This document shows, piece after piece, positions 36,442 through 49,400 of a stretch of DNA of 64,000 bases. Position 1 is the stretch's first letter; each line of letters starts with the position of its first letter. The stretch is from assembly GCA_047495785.1 (NCBI GenBank), contig JBLDXI010000019.1:1612001-1676000 (forward strand), in the 5' to 3' direction. This stretch comes from Lepidodermella squamata. Lineage: Eukaryota; Animalia; Gastrotricha. The notes under the pieces are model-generated. The model saw only the letters and a program-made list of their open reading frames with translations, did no database searches and had not been told where the DNA came from. Made by a program: the position numbers and the translations under genes.

Positions 36442-39400
36442 ATGATGAAATTTATTTTAGCCTTTGTCTTCGTCCTTGCGACAAATGTTTCATTTTGCGT
36501 CGCCGATGGAGAGGATCGTTATGTAGAGGTGGTATTAAGCGACGCTCAACAATTTTGCCAACAAGCTTGCAAAAATCGCCAGAACCCGAAGGATGCCTAC
36601 GCCAGCCCGAATGACTGTCACAAATACTTCCAATGCCTGTTCGTGAATGAGACCTACATCATTGGCATCGAACGTGACTGCCCGAAAGGTCAATTCTGGC
36701 GCGATGAGATCATGCAGTGCGCACCCGAGGGCGAGACACCCTGCCAGGACCAGTGCCGCGACCCGGTGACAGCAGAACACGGCTGCTACGCCCACTCGTT
36801 CTCGTGCTCGACCTACTTTGTCTGCTCGAATGGCATCAGCCATCAGATGTGCTGCCCCGAGACGACCCGATTCAACGCGAACACGTGCCAGTGCGACTAC
36901 GACCCTGACAACGTGTGCCGCGAGCCGTGTCTGAGACCCCCTGCCAATCCGCCTCAGATCGGCAATCAGACCGTGGCGAGCAACGGCACGTACTGCACAG
37001 ACGGCTACGGCAACATCCTCCGCCCATCTCCGACCAGCAATTCGAGCTTTATCGTCGTCGATGTTCAAAGCGAGCCGGTAAATGGGTCGTTCCAGACCTA
37101 CGAACAGCCATGCGCCCCTGGGACACTTTTCGACCTGGAAGGATGCGCTTGCAATAGATTGGACGAAGCCTTCGACTACTCTCGTCAACCTAATCGGCAT
37201 CAATGCAAATTATTCATGCCATTTGATGTGGACAACAAGGACCACTCTGCCTATAAATGGGAGGTTCTCGACTATGGCTACACAATTTTGAGCCAACACT
37301 TCAAAGCTCATGGTCGCAGTTCGCTTTTCATTGACGGCGGCCGTCTTGAACTTCCTGGCTTGAAGACTTTGGACCTCGGAACTGAGGCTAGCTGGTGCTT
37401 TTTCTTCCGTTGCTACGACGGCATCGATCAGCAACAACCAGCTCGTTGTACCATGTACTCAGGTCTTCTCGGAAACAATAACGATGTCTTGGGCTCGGAA
37501 TTCACCGTCAACATCGCTTCGGCCCCGACCTTTGTTGTCGGAAATGTTCGGTTCAAGAATTTCCCTGGCGTTGATGTCACCGTCCAAGCTCCTCATGTCA
37601 TCGATACAACGGATGAAGACGCTTTCACTCATGTCTGTGTTGTCTACGATGGCTTCGACGTAAAACTCTACATCGACAACGTAAGAATTCCAAGCTTAAA
37701 TTATTTTAATGAAGAAAATAATATTAAATAATTATAATTTTATTTATTTTTTCGAGTTATTTCAAAATTTATATGAATAATTATTAATGATTATAATAAT
37801 TAATTAATATTATTATTAATTTAATTAATTAATTAATCTTTTTATATTCTCCAATTAATTTTTAATTTGTTTGATTTGAAAGAAATTGGTTTCAACGGCG
37901 CCTGTTCCAGCTAACCAGACACAGCTTCAAACTGCCCATTGTCCGTACACCATTGGTACCGATCACATGTATGGCGATTTCCAAGGCTTTATCGACGATG
38001 TCCTAATCTGCGACAAAGCTTTGACGCCCGAGGAGGTCGACGCCCATTACCAGGGCCAGGCGGCTCTTTTCGCAGCTGGATTGGTACCCGCACCACCTCT
38101 TGCCACTTCTTTCAACTTGGAACCACCAAACGTATGATTTTTCATTTTGGAATATTTCATTCAATTTTTTTCAATTCGGAGCAGTGCGCCGATCGGTGGA
38201 AGCAATACAAACACGACTGTAAGGTGTCGTTCAAGGAAAGGGCGAAGGAAGATGACGCTTACCGCCTGTTCAAGAAACGATACTCGAGCATTTTTGATCA
38301 CAACAAGCGATTCCTGATGGGCGAAGAATCCTACGAAATGGCCGTCGTCTGCGGTCTGCACCTCGATTACAAGGAATGGGTCGATGGCAAGTTCGGCTAC
38401 GATGGTAGCAAGGTGGCCGGCGTGCAGCGTACCATCGACGATGGCGAGGAGGAGGAGAGCAGTGAAGAGACAGAAATTCCGGAATTCTTCGACTTCCGCG
38501 AAACTAACTGCTTGCAACCGATCCGCGAGCAGGGCTCTTGTGGCGCCTGTTTCGCATTCTCAACTGTCGGTAAGACCGAAATTTCTTGTCTAACTTCTAA
38601 AACAAAACAGGCTATTCCAGCCAGCCAGAAATTACCGGATTTACCAGCCAGCGATAAACCGTTCTGCCAGAAAAATTGCTAAATTGTCATACTTTTTGCG
38701 CGAGTTAAGGCTCGTGAGTCCAACGTAGCTTCTTTTAGAGTTTTATGCAAGTAAGCAAAATTAAATCAATCAGCTTGAACGAAATTTTTTATTTTATCAA
38801 TAATTGCATATTTTGAAGGAAAAATTGGCGACCATATAGGTATCACTTTCTGCTACGGCAATTGCGGCCATTACTTATGCGATTGCAATTTTTTTCATGT
38901 TTTTCGAGCAGGCTTAAAATAAGATATTGTTCTAATAAAAATGATAAAATTTTACGCAAAAAAGGAAACAATTTTTCTTAATTTTTTCTGCAAATTTTGA
39001 GAGACCGTTAAAAGTGAAAATTGGGGTTTGGCGAAAGTTTTGACATCGTGACATTTCGATTCCGCTTTCGAGATCAAGGAGCGAGAAGTCGAACGGTATC
39101 AAAAATAGGTTGATAGTAAAAAGGTTTTCAAAATTGGGATTCAAAGTTAACGGGTGTAAATTGCGAATTTCGAAAAACACGCACTTATAAAATCCAATTT
39201 TTTTTATTATTTTGCGTAAATTAATTATTTAAATTCTGATTTCTGTAGTTTCACTCTAAAAATTGCAACTAGTAATGCGTTGACAGTCGAACCATTACAT
39301 TTCTGCAAATTTTTTATGCGCAGCCGAAATTGTTTGGGTACCCTGAGGTGAGGAATCTAGCTAAATATTCAACATTTTTGATTAAATCAAGCTAATGCTT

Positions 39401-40461
39401 CCTCGTCCACTCCTTTGACTTTCCCGTCTTTCGAGGTGGATGGGGGCCTCTTAAAGGTCTGAATTTTGAAAATTCTAAATCCTTTAGAACCCCTTGGAAT
39501 CCAAGAATCACCCACTACGATTGCTACGATTTCACATAATTCTACAAATTCTAACTTGATTAACAGCCACCATTGAGGGCAACTACTGCAAGCAATACCT
39601 CAAGCGATGCGAACCGCTGTCGCCGCAACCCCTTGTCGATTGCACGGCGAGCGGCAAGTACGACAACGCCGGCTGCAATGGCGGGCTCATGGTCGTTTCC
39701 TACAAGTTTCTAATGGAACGCCGAAAACTGTTCCCGCTCGCCAAGGTTCCTTACAAGATGAAGCAGGACACGTGCAGCTATCTAGACGATCCATTCCTTG
39801 CACCTGTGCCGTTTCACGTTGTTCACTACGTCACAATTCCGTTCAATTCAGAGGAAGGCTTGGCGAAGGTATATATATTCAAGTTTTATCGACTACGGTT
39901 GTTTTTAATAACAAAAATTGTAGGGTATCGTAAGAGCCGGCATTGTCTCGTGTGCCATCGACGCGACTCGTAACTACCTAACGTACTCCGGCGGTATTTT
40001 CTGTGACACAACTTGCTCTGATGTTATGCCTAATCACGCGATCAACTGTAAGATAATATTATAATTTTCGTACATTTACCTTTTTTACATCACAATTTTC
40101 AGTCGTCGGATTCGGTTGCACGAAGCCCGGCCGATCCTGCAAGGTGATTTCTAGACCACGCTCTATTTAGTAATTTCAATTATTCTTAATGTTTTTTTCA
40201 AGTTCGGATGTTGTGGATACCGTTATTGGATCATGCGCAACAGGTAGTATCTCAAAATATTGAAAAATAATAATTACTATTTTTATTGTGTTTTTAAGCT
40301 GGGGCGTTCGTTGGGGCGAAAAAGGTGAATTGATGCTCAATTTATTTGCTGGATTTAAATTCGTCAAATTTCAACTTTTTTTAGGTTATATGAGAATTCT
40401 TCGAGGTGGCATGCGAAGCTGCGCTATCTACGTTCTATGCAGCTACGTCATTGTCGGATGA
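36442..40461 (+). CDS. CBM14-LamG-I29-C1A fusion protease, copy B
   Basis: Signal MMKFILAFVFVLA; 9 exons splice in frame; QGSCGACFAF, NHAIN|FVGFG, MRNS|WG; stop at 40461. Confidence 0.85.
39000..39385 (+). repeat. Dispersed repeat family, copy c (in an intron of copy B)
   Basis: Similar to 22555-22880 and to the reverse complement of 16270-16990. Confidence 0.7.
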
Positions 40462-41354
40462 GCCCATCAGCCACAGACAACTTACAATTTTGAAAAATTT
40501 GAATGAATTATCGAATAATCTCTTCTATATGATAGTAATATTATACGTATTACGTTATTTAAATTGCAACAGAAGATGTTCAATAAAACGCAGCTATACA
40601 TTATATGTGTGTTCAATGCTAATTTCTAAAGCTTATTCATGTGCCTATGCGGGCATTTTTGGCAGAAAAATCGCAGAATGACCATAAGCTTCAGCTCAAT
40701 AATTGGAAAAAGTTTATAATATCACGTTGAGGTGGAATACAGTAAATCATTATTTCTATTTAAACCAGTTCTCTTTAAACCAGAAAAAGTCGAAGTTTCA
40801 AGTGCACTCTAAGGCAAAAACGAAGAAAATTTAACCCCGATCTGCTTTTCGATAATCAAGTATTTAAAAAATTGTATATTTTTTATTCTCACGGATTTTC
40901 TTCTAAAGCAGTCAGTTGAAAATTTTCGACAAAATAGCAATTGTTTCCGCCTCTTCTGAAGCCGACTAATCGAAAATCAGCTCGGAAACCAACTAAGGAT
41001 GTTTTGAATAACACCGTATTTTTTCCTATAGGGCTACTTTTGGAAAAAAAATCGGTATTTTGATCCAACCTTTTGATCCAAGCCGCCGAATCAGCAGACC
41101 GTTTCGCGCCCAGGGCGTCACACCCCGTGTCACGTGAGTAGTGAAGTTCCTTTAGCTTGGAGCTCTTCTAAAATTAGCTTGTTATTGATCAACTCGGGGT
41201 TAGATGCTGGGGTTGGTTCCCGCGACTGGATTAATTGTCTTTTGGCCTCAAAATTAGACGCATGACCCAACACGCGCGAGGCAGTCCTTTCAAATGTAAA
41301 CAAGTGACCAAGGGAAGTTGTTACGAATAGACAGGAAAATGAAACTTTGCCATC

Positions 41355-41383
41355 TCACGTGAGGGAAATTTTAGTCTCACGTG
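41355..41383. promoter_or_regulatory. Paired E-boxes upstream of copy C
   Basis: tcacgtga at 41355 and tcacgtg at 41377; a further gtcacgtga at ~41129. Confidence 0.45.
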
Positions 41384-41453
41384 CGATCCGCGGACAAATC
41401 TGTAAAATGCTCTAAAGCTTCAACAATTATTTCAAAATTTCATTCGATAAACT

Positions 41454-44400
41454 ATGATAATTTTGCTTGGATTTATTTCGACAGCAATAATATGCGCTGT
41501 CAAAGCTCATGAACATGACGATTTTTCGTCGTACGTCGCCCCGGAGATAAGCGACGCTCTGGCCTTCTGCCAACAAGCGTGTAACGGCCGGAGTAACACG
41601 CGAGATGCCTACGCTGATCCTGAGAACTGCCACAAATACTTCCAGTGCCTCTTCGTGAATGAGACCTACATCATTGGCATCGAACGCGACTGCCCGAAGG
41701 GTCAATTCTGGCGTGATGAGATCATGCAGTGCGCACCCGAGGGCGAGACACCCTGCCAGGACCAGTGCCGCGACCCGGTCACGGCCGAACATGGCTGCTA
41801 CGCCCACTCGTTCTCGTGCTCGACCTACTATGTCTGCTCGAATGGCATCAGCCATCAGATGTGCTGCCCTGAGACGACTCGATTCAACGCGAACACGTGC
41901 CAGTGCGACTACGACCCTGACAACGTGTGCCGCGAGCCGTGTCTGAGACCCCCTGCCAACCCGCCTCAGATCGGCAATCAGACCGTGGCGAGCAACGGCA
42001 CGTACTGCACGGACGATTACGGCAACATCCTCCGCCCATCTCCGACCAGCAATGCGAGCTTCATCGTCGTCGATGTTCAAAGTGAGCCGGTCAATGGGTC
42101 GTTCCAGACCTACGAACAGCCATGCGCCCCGGGGACCCTCTTCGACCTGGAGGCCTGCCGTTGCGATAGTCATGACGAGAATTACGATCACGGGAGCCAA
42201 CCCAAGACGCCCCATTGCAAATTATTCATGCCGTTTGAGGTTGACTCGAAGGACCACTCTGCCTATAAATGGGAGGTTCTCGACTATGGATACACCATTT
42301 TGAGTCAACATTTCAAGGCAAGGGGAGTGAGTTCGCTGTTCATCGACGGTGGCCGCCTCGAAATTCCTGGCTTGAAGACTTTGGACCTCGGAACTGAGGC
42401 TAGCTGGTGCTTCTTCTTCCGCTGCTACGACGGCATTGACCAGAAAGAACCAGCTCGTTGTACGATGTATTCCGGTCTCCTGGGCAACAATAACGATGCG
42501 CTGGGTTCTCAATTTACTGTTAACATTGCATCTGCTCCAACCTATGTAGTTGGAACTGTTCGGTTCCAGAATTTCCCGGGCGAAGATTTCACAGTTTCTG
42601 CGCCTCATGTCATCAACACTAAAGATGAAGATGCCTTTACCCATGTCTGCGTTGTCTACGACGGTTTGGAAGTGAAGCTCTACATCGACAATGTGAGTTA
42701 TTTAAAGGAAAATTAAAAGAATTTAATTCAATTTTAAAATAAAAAATCGGACATAGTTATTCATAGTTATCAACATTTGGTTAATTTCAAATAAATTTCA
42801 AAATTTCAAATTAAACTTTTTTAATTTAAAAAACACTTTGTCGAGTTTTGACAATTTGCAAAAATTAGAAATTGATGTCAACCGTCGCAGCCCCAGCTAA
42901 CCAGACGCAGCTTCAAACTGCCCACTGTCCGTACACGATTGGTACCGATCACATGTATGGCGATTTCCAAGGCTTCATCGACGATGTTCTAATCTGCGAC
43001 AAAGCTTTGACGCCCGAGGAGGTCGACGCCCATTACCAGGGCCAAGCGGCTCTTTTCGCGGCTGGGCTGGTACCGGCACCACCCCTTGCCTCTTCTGTCA
43101 ACTTGGAACCGCCTAATGTAGGTTTAATAGCCATAAAAATTGAACTTTTTGTAATATTGTCTCCAAACTTAAGGCTGCCGAGCGGTGGAAGCAGTACAAA
43201 TATGATTGTAAAATCACTTTCAAGGATAAATTGAAAGAATCTGACGCTTACATGCTGTTCAAAAAGCGTTACTCGAGCATTTACGAGCACAACAAGCGAT
43301 ACCTTCTCGGCGAGGAGACGTACGAAATGGCCGTTATGTGCGGTTCCCATCTCGAATGGAAAGAACTCGTCAGCGGCAAATTCGGCTATGACGGCACCAA
43401 AGTCGCCGGGGTTCAACGTAGCATCGGCGGCGAAGAAGTTGACAACACCACCGAGGAGCAGGTTGTTATACCTGACAGCTTTGATCTTCGAGCGAAAAAC
43501 TGCTTGCATCCCATCCGCGATCAAGGCTCGTGTGGGGCCTGTTTCGCATTCTCCACAATAGGTAATTCGACTTCAATTTGGAAATAATGCTAATGGCAGT
43601 CAATAAATCCATGGGAAAACTCGGCTTCAATAAAATTTTGCGACCTTTTTTAGAAAAATTGATGAGGCAAATTTAGCAAATTTAATTTAATTTAATATAA
43701 TTTGTAATTAATGAATTAAGTAAATAATTTTGAGGAGTTGTCAATTTTCAGATTTAAAAATTTCAATTTTTCAAATTTTTCGTTTTTTTAATTCCAAGTA
43801 TTTTAGTTTTGATTATTTAATTTTCGAAATTTCCATGTTAATTTTTTTAATTTTTTTTAATTTTGAAATTTAAAGTCTCGATTGAAGGCGCGTATTGTCA
43901 TCAGTACAAAGAGCGGCCGCAGCCGTTGTCGCCGCAAGTTCTCGTCGATTGCACCGTCGACACCCGGTACAACAACGCCGGATGTGATGGCGGTCTTATG
44001 GTCAATTCTTACAAGTTTTTCATCGACAACGAAAAATACCTGCCCCTCAGCTTGGTACCGTACAAAAACAAGCAGGAAAAGTGCAGCTACTTGAGCGGGC
44101 CGAACGTGACCATTGTCCCGGTTAAAATCGTTTCGTTCGTTATTGTCCCTCTCGGGTCAGAGGACGCGCTAATTAAGGTTTGAATTCGCGTGATTTTTCG
44201 ATTTTTTTCATCCAAATTTTGGGTTATTTTCAGGGCATTATCAAGGCTGGTATCGTGTCTTGCGCAATCGATGCGACGCGCAATTATTTGATGTATCAAG
44301 GCGGAATTTTCGCGGATACGACCTGCTCGGATGTGACGCCGAACCACGCCATAAATTGTAAGAAAATATAATTAAAAAAGAAGGATTAATTGAATGAAGA

Positions 44401-44892
44401 AGAAAAATCTAGATTTTTTGAATGCACTTTTTCCGAACTCTCACTTATGGTTACAATTTTTGTCGATTTCTCAATTTGCCTATACAAAGTAGAACCGAAT
44501 ATTTCCTTGAATATTCTATGAAATGTCCATTATTTTGCAGTCGTTGGATATGGATGCACCAAGCCATGCGCCACAGGCAAGGTGAGCTATTGTTTCCGTT
44601 GAAAAAATTGATGATTTGACATATCCCGAAAATAGTACAAATGCTGCGGTGTCCCGTTTTTAATCATGCGAAACAGGTATTTCACATTTTTTTGAGATTC
44701 ATTTAGCGAAGGTCATATCTGAGTTTTCTTTCAGCTGGGGAACCAGATGGGGCGAGAAAGGTAATTAAATGCGCCTTTTTCGGATTCAAAAACTGAGTTT
44801 TGTCATTAAAACTAGGTTATATGCGGATATTACGAGGAGCGAAGAGAACCTGTGGAATCTACGTGCTCTGCAGCTACGTCATCGTTGCTTGA
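41454..44892 (+). CDS. CBM14-LamG-I29-C1A fusion protease, copy C
   Basis: Signal MIILLGFISTAIICAVKA; same 9-exon structure as B; QGSCGACFAF, NHA, RNSWG; stop at 44892. Confidence 0.85.
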
Positions 44893-45302
44893 AAAGACTC
44901 ATTTCTCATTATTAATTCCTATTTTTCACTAATTGAATTATCGAGTTGAAATGTACTCAATCAAATGACCTATAATTGACTAATGAAATAATGGAAAATC
45001 GTATTTTTTCGGTCAACCTCGCCATGCATCATGAACGATTTTACCTAATAAAATAAGATGAATAAGTGATTAATAAAATATATTAATTTTCTTGATTTTT
45101 TTCAGTATGCAGTGTTGACTATCTGTTGAGATGAACTGGGAGATTTTTTGAATTGAGATGCCGATGGTATTAAAATGATTCTGACCCGAGCCTAAGGAGT
45201 GAAGCCGCTGGTAATCATAATTATTATCGTATTTATCATCAAGTGAAGGCCGCCTTCGAAAAACGCTGCATACCCTCAGAGGTTGACCCAGTAATTAAAT
45301 CA

Positions 45303-45946
45303 CCCATATCGGCACCGATTAGTCGAACCTAGTCGAACCTGTTTTAGCTTAGTCGAACTTAGTCGAACCCGGCCGAAGGTTTTTTAGCTTGGTCGAACCT
45401 AGCCGAACCTGTTTTGGCCTGTTTGAACCTTTTGGCACCGGTTAGTCGAACCTAGTCGAACGTCTTGAGATATGGTCAAACATTTCCGGGCGTGGACGAA
45501 CTTGGCCGAACAATTTTTGACATATAAAATTGCCATCCGAATCGTTGGCCGAACCTAGCCGAACAATTTGTTCGACATAGTTCGGTCAGGATTTAAAAGC
45601 ATTGACGTTGTAAAACAAAATCCTAAAAATGTGTTGCACGAACTTGGCCGAACATTTCTGAGGACTCCGATATGAGGAATTAGTTCACAAACCAACTCGG
45701 ATTTTTTTGGTTTTTTTTTTATTTTTTTGTTCTCAGGTGGTACTATATCATATGTCCCAGGGTGGCTGCAGGTAGGCATCCCACCTGGTTTACCTGTGCT
45801 TTTCTAGGATAGGTAGTACGCAATTCTGGCCGAACCTGGTCGAACAAGTGTAGGCCGAACCTGGTCGAACAAATGTTTCATTTTATCGTCTTAGTTCGGC
45901 CAAAATTTAGTTCGGCTTAGTTCGACTAAACCGGTGCCGATATGGG
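45303..45946. mobile_element. Non-autonomous CACTA/EnSpm-like element (CCC...GGG ends, 2-bp TSD, subterminal 10-bp repeats)
   Basis: TIRs cccatatcggcaccg / cggtgccgatatggg; CA on both flanks; many (a/g)g(t/c)cgaac(c/t)t units inside. Confidence 0.8.
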
Positions 45947-46297
45947 CAGCACTAGCCACGAGTCAAGGAGCGTGTAAATGGCAGACTGGCACGTGGTGAT
46001 AAGAATACTTGTATGACCCAGTAAAATAAAAGCTGGGCGAAAATCACAAGTCCTTAATAGTAGACGTGAACTTAGTGTATACTGGATACTGTAAAATTTG
46101 GCATACCCAATTTTGATCAATCTGAACTCAGCCCGATTGAATCATAGAATTCCGCGCTGAATTCCGCGTGTTGGAAGACAATTGATTTGCTCTAGAGTGC
46201 CGCGCTCGCGAAGCTAGGTCAATTACCTAAAAATTTGAATCACCTGATGTTAAAACTTAGAACGTAGGAAAAGTGAAAAACAAACACATTCCTGAAA

Positions 46298-46325
46298 TCA
46301 CGTGCCCTCCTATGGTCTCACGCGA
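46298..46325. promoter_or_regulatory. Paired E-box-like motif upstream of copy D
   Basis: tcacgtg at 46298 and tcacgcga at 46318. Confidence 0.4.
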
Positions 46326-46434
46326 TTCTGTTTTACCCCCAGGCACGAGCCGATCGACCTCACACTCATTCAGAAAAATTTAAATCGTATTTTGAATTTT
46401 ACCAAGGTAAAATTTGTAATATCTATTTTTAGCA

Positions 46435-49400
46435 ATGCTGTATTACGCAAAGCTGCTGATTTTATCTTTTTCGATTTCGTTATCAAATGTGAGTGGCGAC
46501 GAATTCGCTTTCCATGCTCCCGAGGTTAGCGACGCTCAAACGTTTTGCCAGCAAGCCTGTCAAGGTCGCCACAACCCGAAAGACGCTTATGCCAGCCCTA
46601 CCGACTGCCATAAATATTTCCAGTGCCTATTCGTGAATGAGACCTACATCATTGGCATCGAACGAGACTGCCCGAAGGGTCAATTCTGGCGGGATGAAAT
46701 CATGCAGTGCGCTCCCGAGGGCGAGACACCCTGCCAGGACCAGTGCCGCGACCCAGTCACGGCCGAACACGGCTGCTACGCCCACTCGTTCTCCTGCTCG
46801 ACCTACTTTGTCTGTTCTAACGGAATCAGCCATCAAATGTGCTGCCCTGAGACGACCCGATTCAACGCGAACACGTGCCAATGCGACTACGACCCTGACA
46901 ACGTGTGCCGCGAGCCGTGTCTGAGACCCCCGGCCAATCCGCCTCAGATCGGCAACCAGACCGTGGCGAGCAACGGCACGTACTGCACGGACGACTACGG
47001 CAACATCCTCCGCCCATCTCCGACCAGCAATTCGAGCTTCATCGTCGTCGATGTTCAAAGCGAGCCGGTGAATGGGTCGTTCCAGACCTACGAACAGCCA
47101 TGTGCCCCGGGGACCAACTTTGACCTAGAGACATGCCGATGCAATAAATTCATCGAAGATTTCCCAACCCAGCCAAACAGCCGTCAATGCAAGTTGTTCA
47201 TGCCGTTTGAAAGTGATTCGAAAGATTATTCCGTTAACAAATTCGAAGTTCTCAACTATGGCTACACTGTTATCAGTAAGCACTTCAAAGCTCACGGCCG
47301 TAGTTCCCTTTTCGTCGACGGCGGTCACCTCGAAATTCCCGGTTTGAAGACTCTGGACCTCGGAACTGAGGCGAGTTGGTGCTTCTTCTTCCGTTGCTAC
47401 GACGGCGTCGACCAGAAAAATCCAGCTCGTTGCACCATGTTTTCAGGCCTTCTCGGCAATAACCGCGATTTCATGAGTTCGGAATTTACAGTCAACATTG
47501 CATCGGCCAAAGATTCGATAGTTGGCGCTGTTCGTTTTCAGAACTTCCCGGGAACTGATTTTACTGTTAGCGCACCGCACGAAGTTGATACGACAGATGA
47601 AGACGCTTTCACGCATGTCTGCGTTGTCTACAATGGATTCGATGTGAAGCTGTATTTGAATAATGTTAGTAAAAAAATCCCATTTTTTATTATTTTATTA
47701 TTTATGTAAACCATCATAGAGAACGTAGTGATCACTACGTTCTCTATGATGTAAACATGTAATATAAAAATTAATTCCTCATTGAAATTCAAATTTTTTT
47801 TTCCAATTTAAAATTGTTTTAAAATTCATAATCATTTTCCCGTCGTCAAAATTTATTTTATTTTGAAAATTTAGGATATATTTTTCGAAGTTTAAAATTT
47901 TTGAAAATTTGAAAATTTCAAATGATTTTTCCTAAATTTTCAGACTTTGGTTTCAACAGTCGACGCCCCGGCTAATCGGACCAAGCTTCAGAACGCACAT
48001 TGTCCTTACACAATCGGAACCGATCAAAGCTACGGCGACTTCCAAGGCTTCATCGACGATGTCCTTATCTGCGACAAAGCTTTGACGCCCGAGGAAGTTA
48101 ACGCTCATTATGAGGGCCAAGCCGCCATGTTCGCTGCCGGCCTCGTCCCGGTTCCACCTCTGGCAACCTCACTTGATCTGGACCCGCCTAACGTGAGTTC
48201 AATCGTGCTTTCTCTAGGCTCAGGCTATTTTAGATTGAATTACATTTTTTGAATTTCATCTTCGAATTTGTGCTCATGCAAAGATCCCAGCTGAAGATGA
48301 ATAAATATCGATTTATTTATTTGATTTTCGATTTTGAAGGCTCTTGATATGTGGCTAAGCTATCGACAAGAATTTCACGTTAAATTCAAAACTACTGCCG
48401 ACGAACAAGCCGGCTTTGAGCTTTTCAAGAAGCGCTACTCGGCGATTTATGAACACAACAAGCGGTACCACATCGGCGAGGAAACGTACGAAATGGGCTG
48501 TTACGATGGCATGCACAAGCCGTGGAAGGATGTGGCAGCCGGCCTGCTCGGCTACAACGGCGCTTCGATCGACGAGGAAAAGCTGCAGCGAAGCAATGGC
48601 GACGGCAGTGGTAGTCAAGAGGAAGCCGCTCCTCCGCTTCCGGATGAGCATGATTTCAGGCGCACCGGCTGCGTTCATCCGATTCGCGAGCAAGGCACAT
48701 GTGGAGCTTGTTTCGCTTTCGCAACTGTCGGTGAGAAAAAATTGACAACATACCTATATAATATAAATTATCGGATAAATCTTATTCTTAAGGTATGTAT
48801 TGTACCATAATCCCATAATGTAAAGTTTGCTACATTCACTCAACATTTGCGACGCTCACTCAGATTTTTGCTACGCTCACCATTTAACTCATAAATAGGC
48901 ATATATAGGTATTTAGTATTTTTGGGTAGACACAGCTGAAATATAGGCTTTCAGCACTGAACTGGCACTGAACTGGAAAAAATTGTAAGCCTGTTGTGAA
49001 ACAAAATTTCGAAACTTTCTCGAAGTTCGAACTTCCGAATCGTAATTGCTTTTTAGAAAATGGCTACAACGTGTTCTGAAAATGAGGACCAGGCCTTATA
49101 AATTACCGTATTTTACGAATTATAAGACCCTGCCCTGTATTTTTTTCAAACGAGGTTCAAGTCCTGCCCTGTATTTAGGGTCTGCCCTTTATTTCGGCTC
49201 TGCCCTTTATTTTTTCGAACCTAATCAGTCACCTGAAGAGTACCTAGATCAACAGTTTATTCCACCGAATAACCACTATAGCTACTGCCTTCCACCTGTG
49301 GCTACACGCGTAAAGTGTTTGCTCAAGAGGATTAATGTGGATAAAGGGCGATTTGTGCACTTAATGACGAAAAATCTCAACCTATCCAACTCTAACCACT

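Noticed and set aside
41100-41145. Hairpin plus AGTAG resembling a Helitron 3' end
   Set aside because: Imperfect stem, no CTRR terminus and no 5' end found.
45320-45930. Short repeat array resembling CRISPR (also the 31-bp units at 16310-16820)
   Set aside because: No unique regular spacers or cas genes; eukaryotic context; bounded by TIRs and TSDs.
36535-47058. Long antisense ORFs (36535-37203, 41427-42215, 46627-47058)
   Set aside because: Shadow frames of the high-GC3 CBM14 exons; no independent coding signal.
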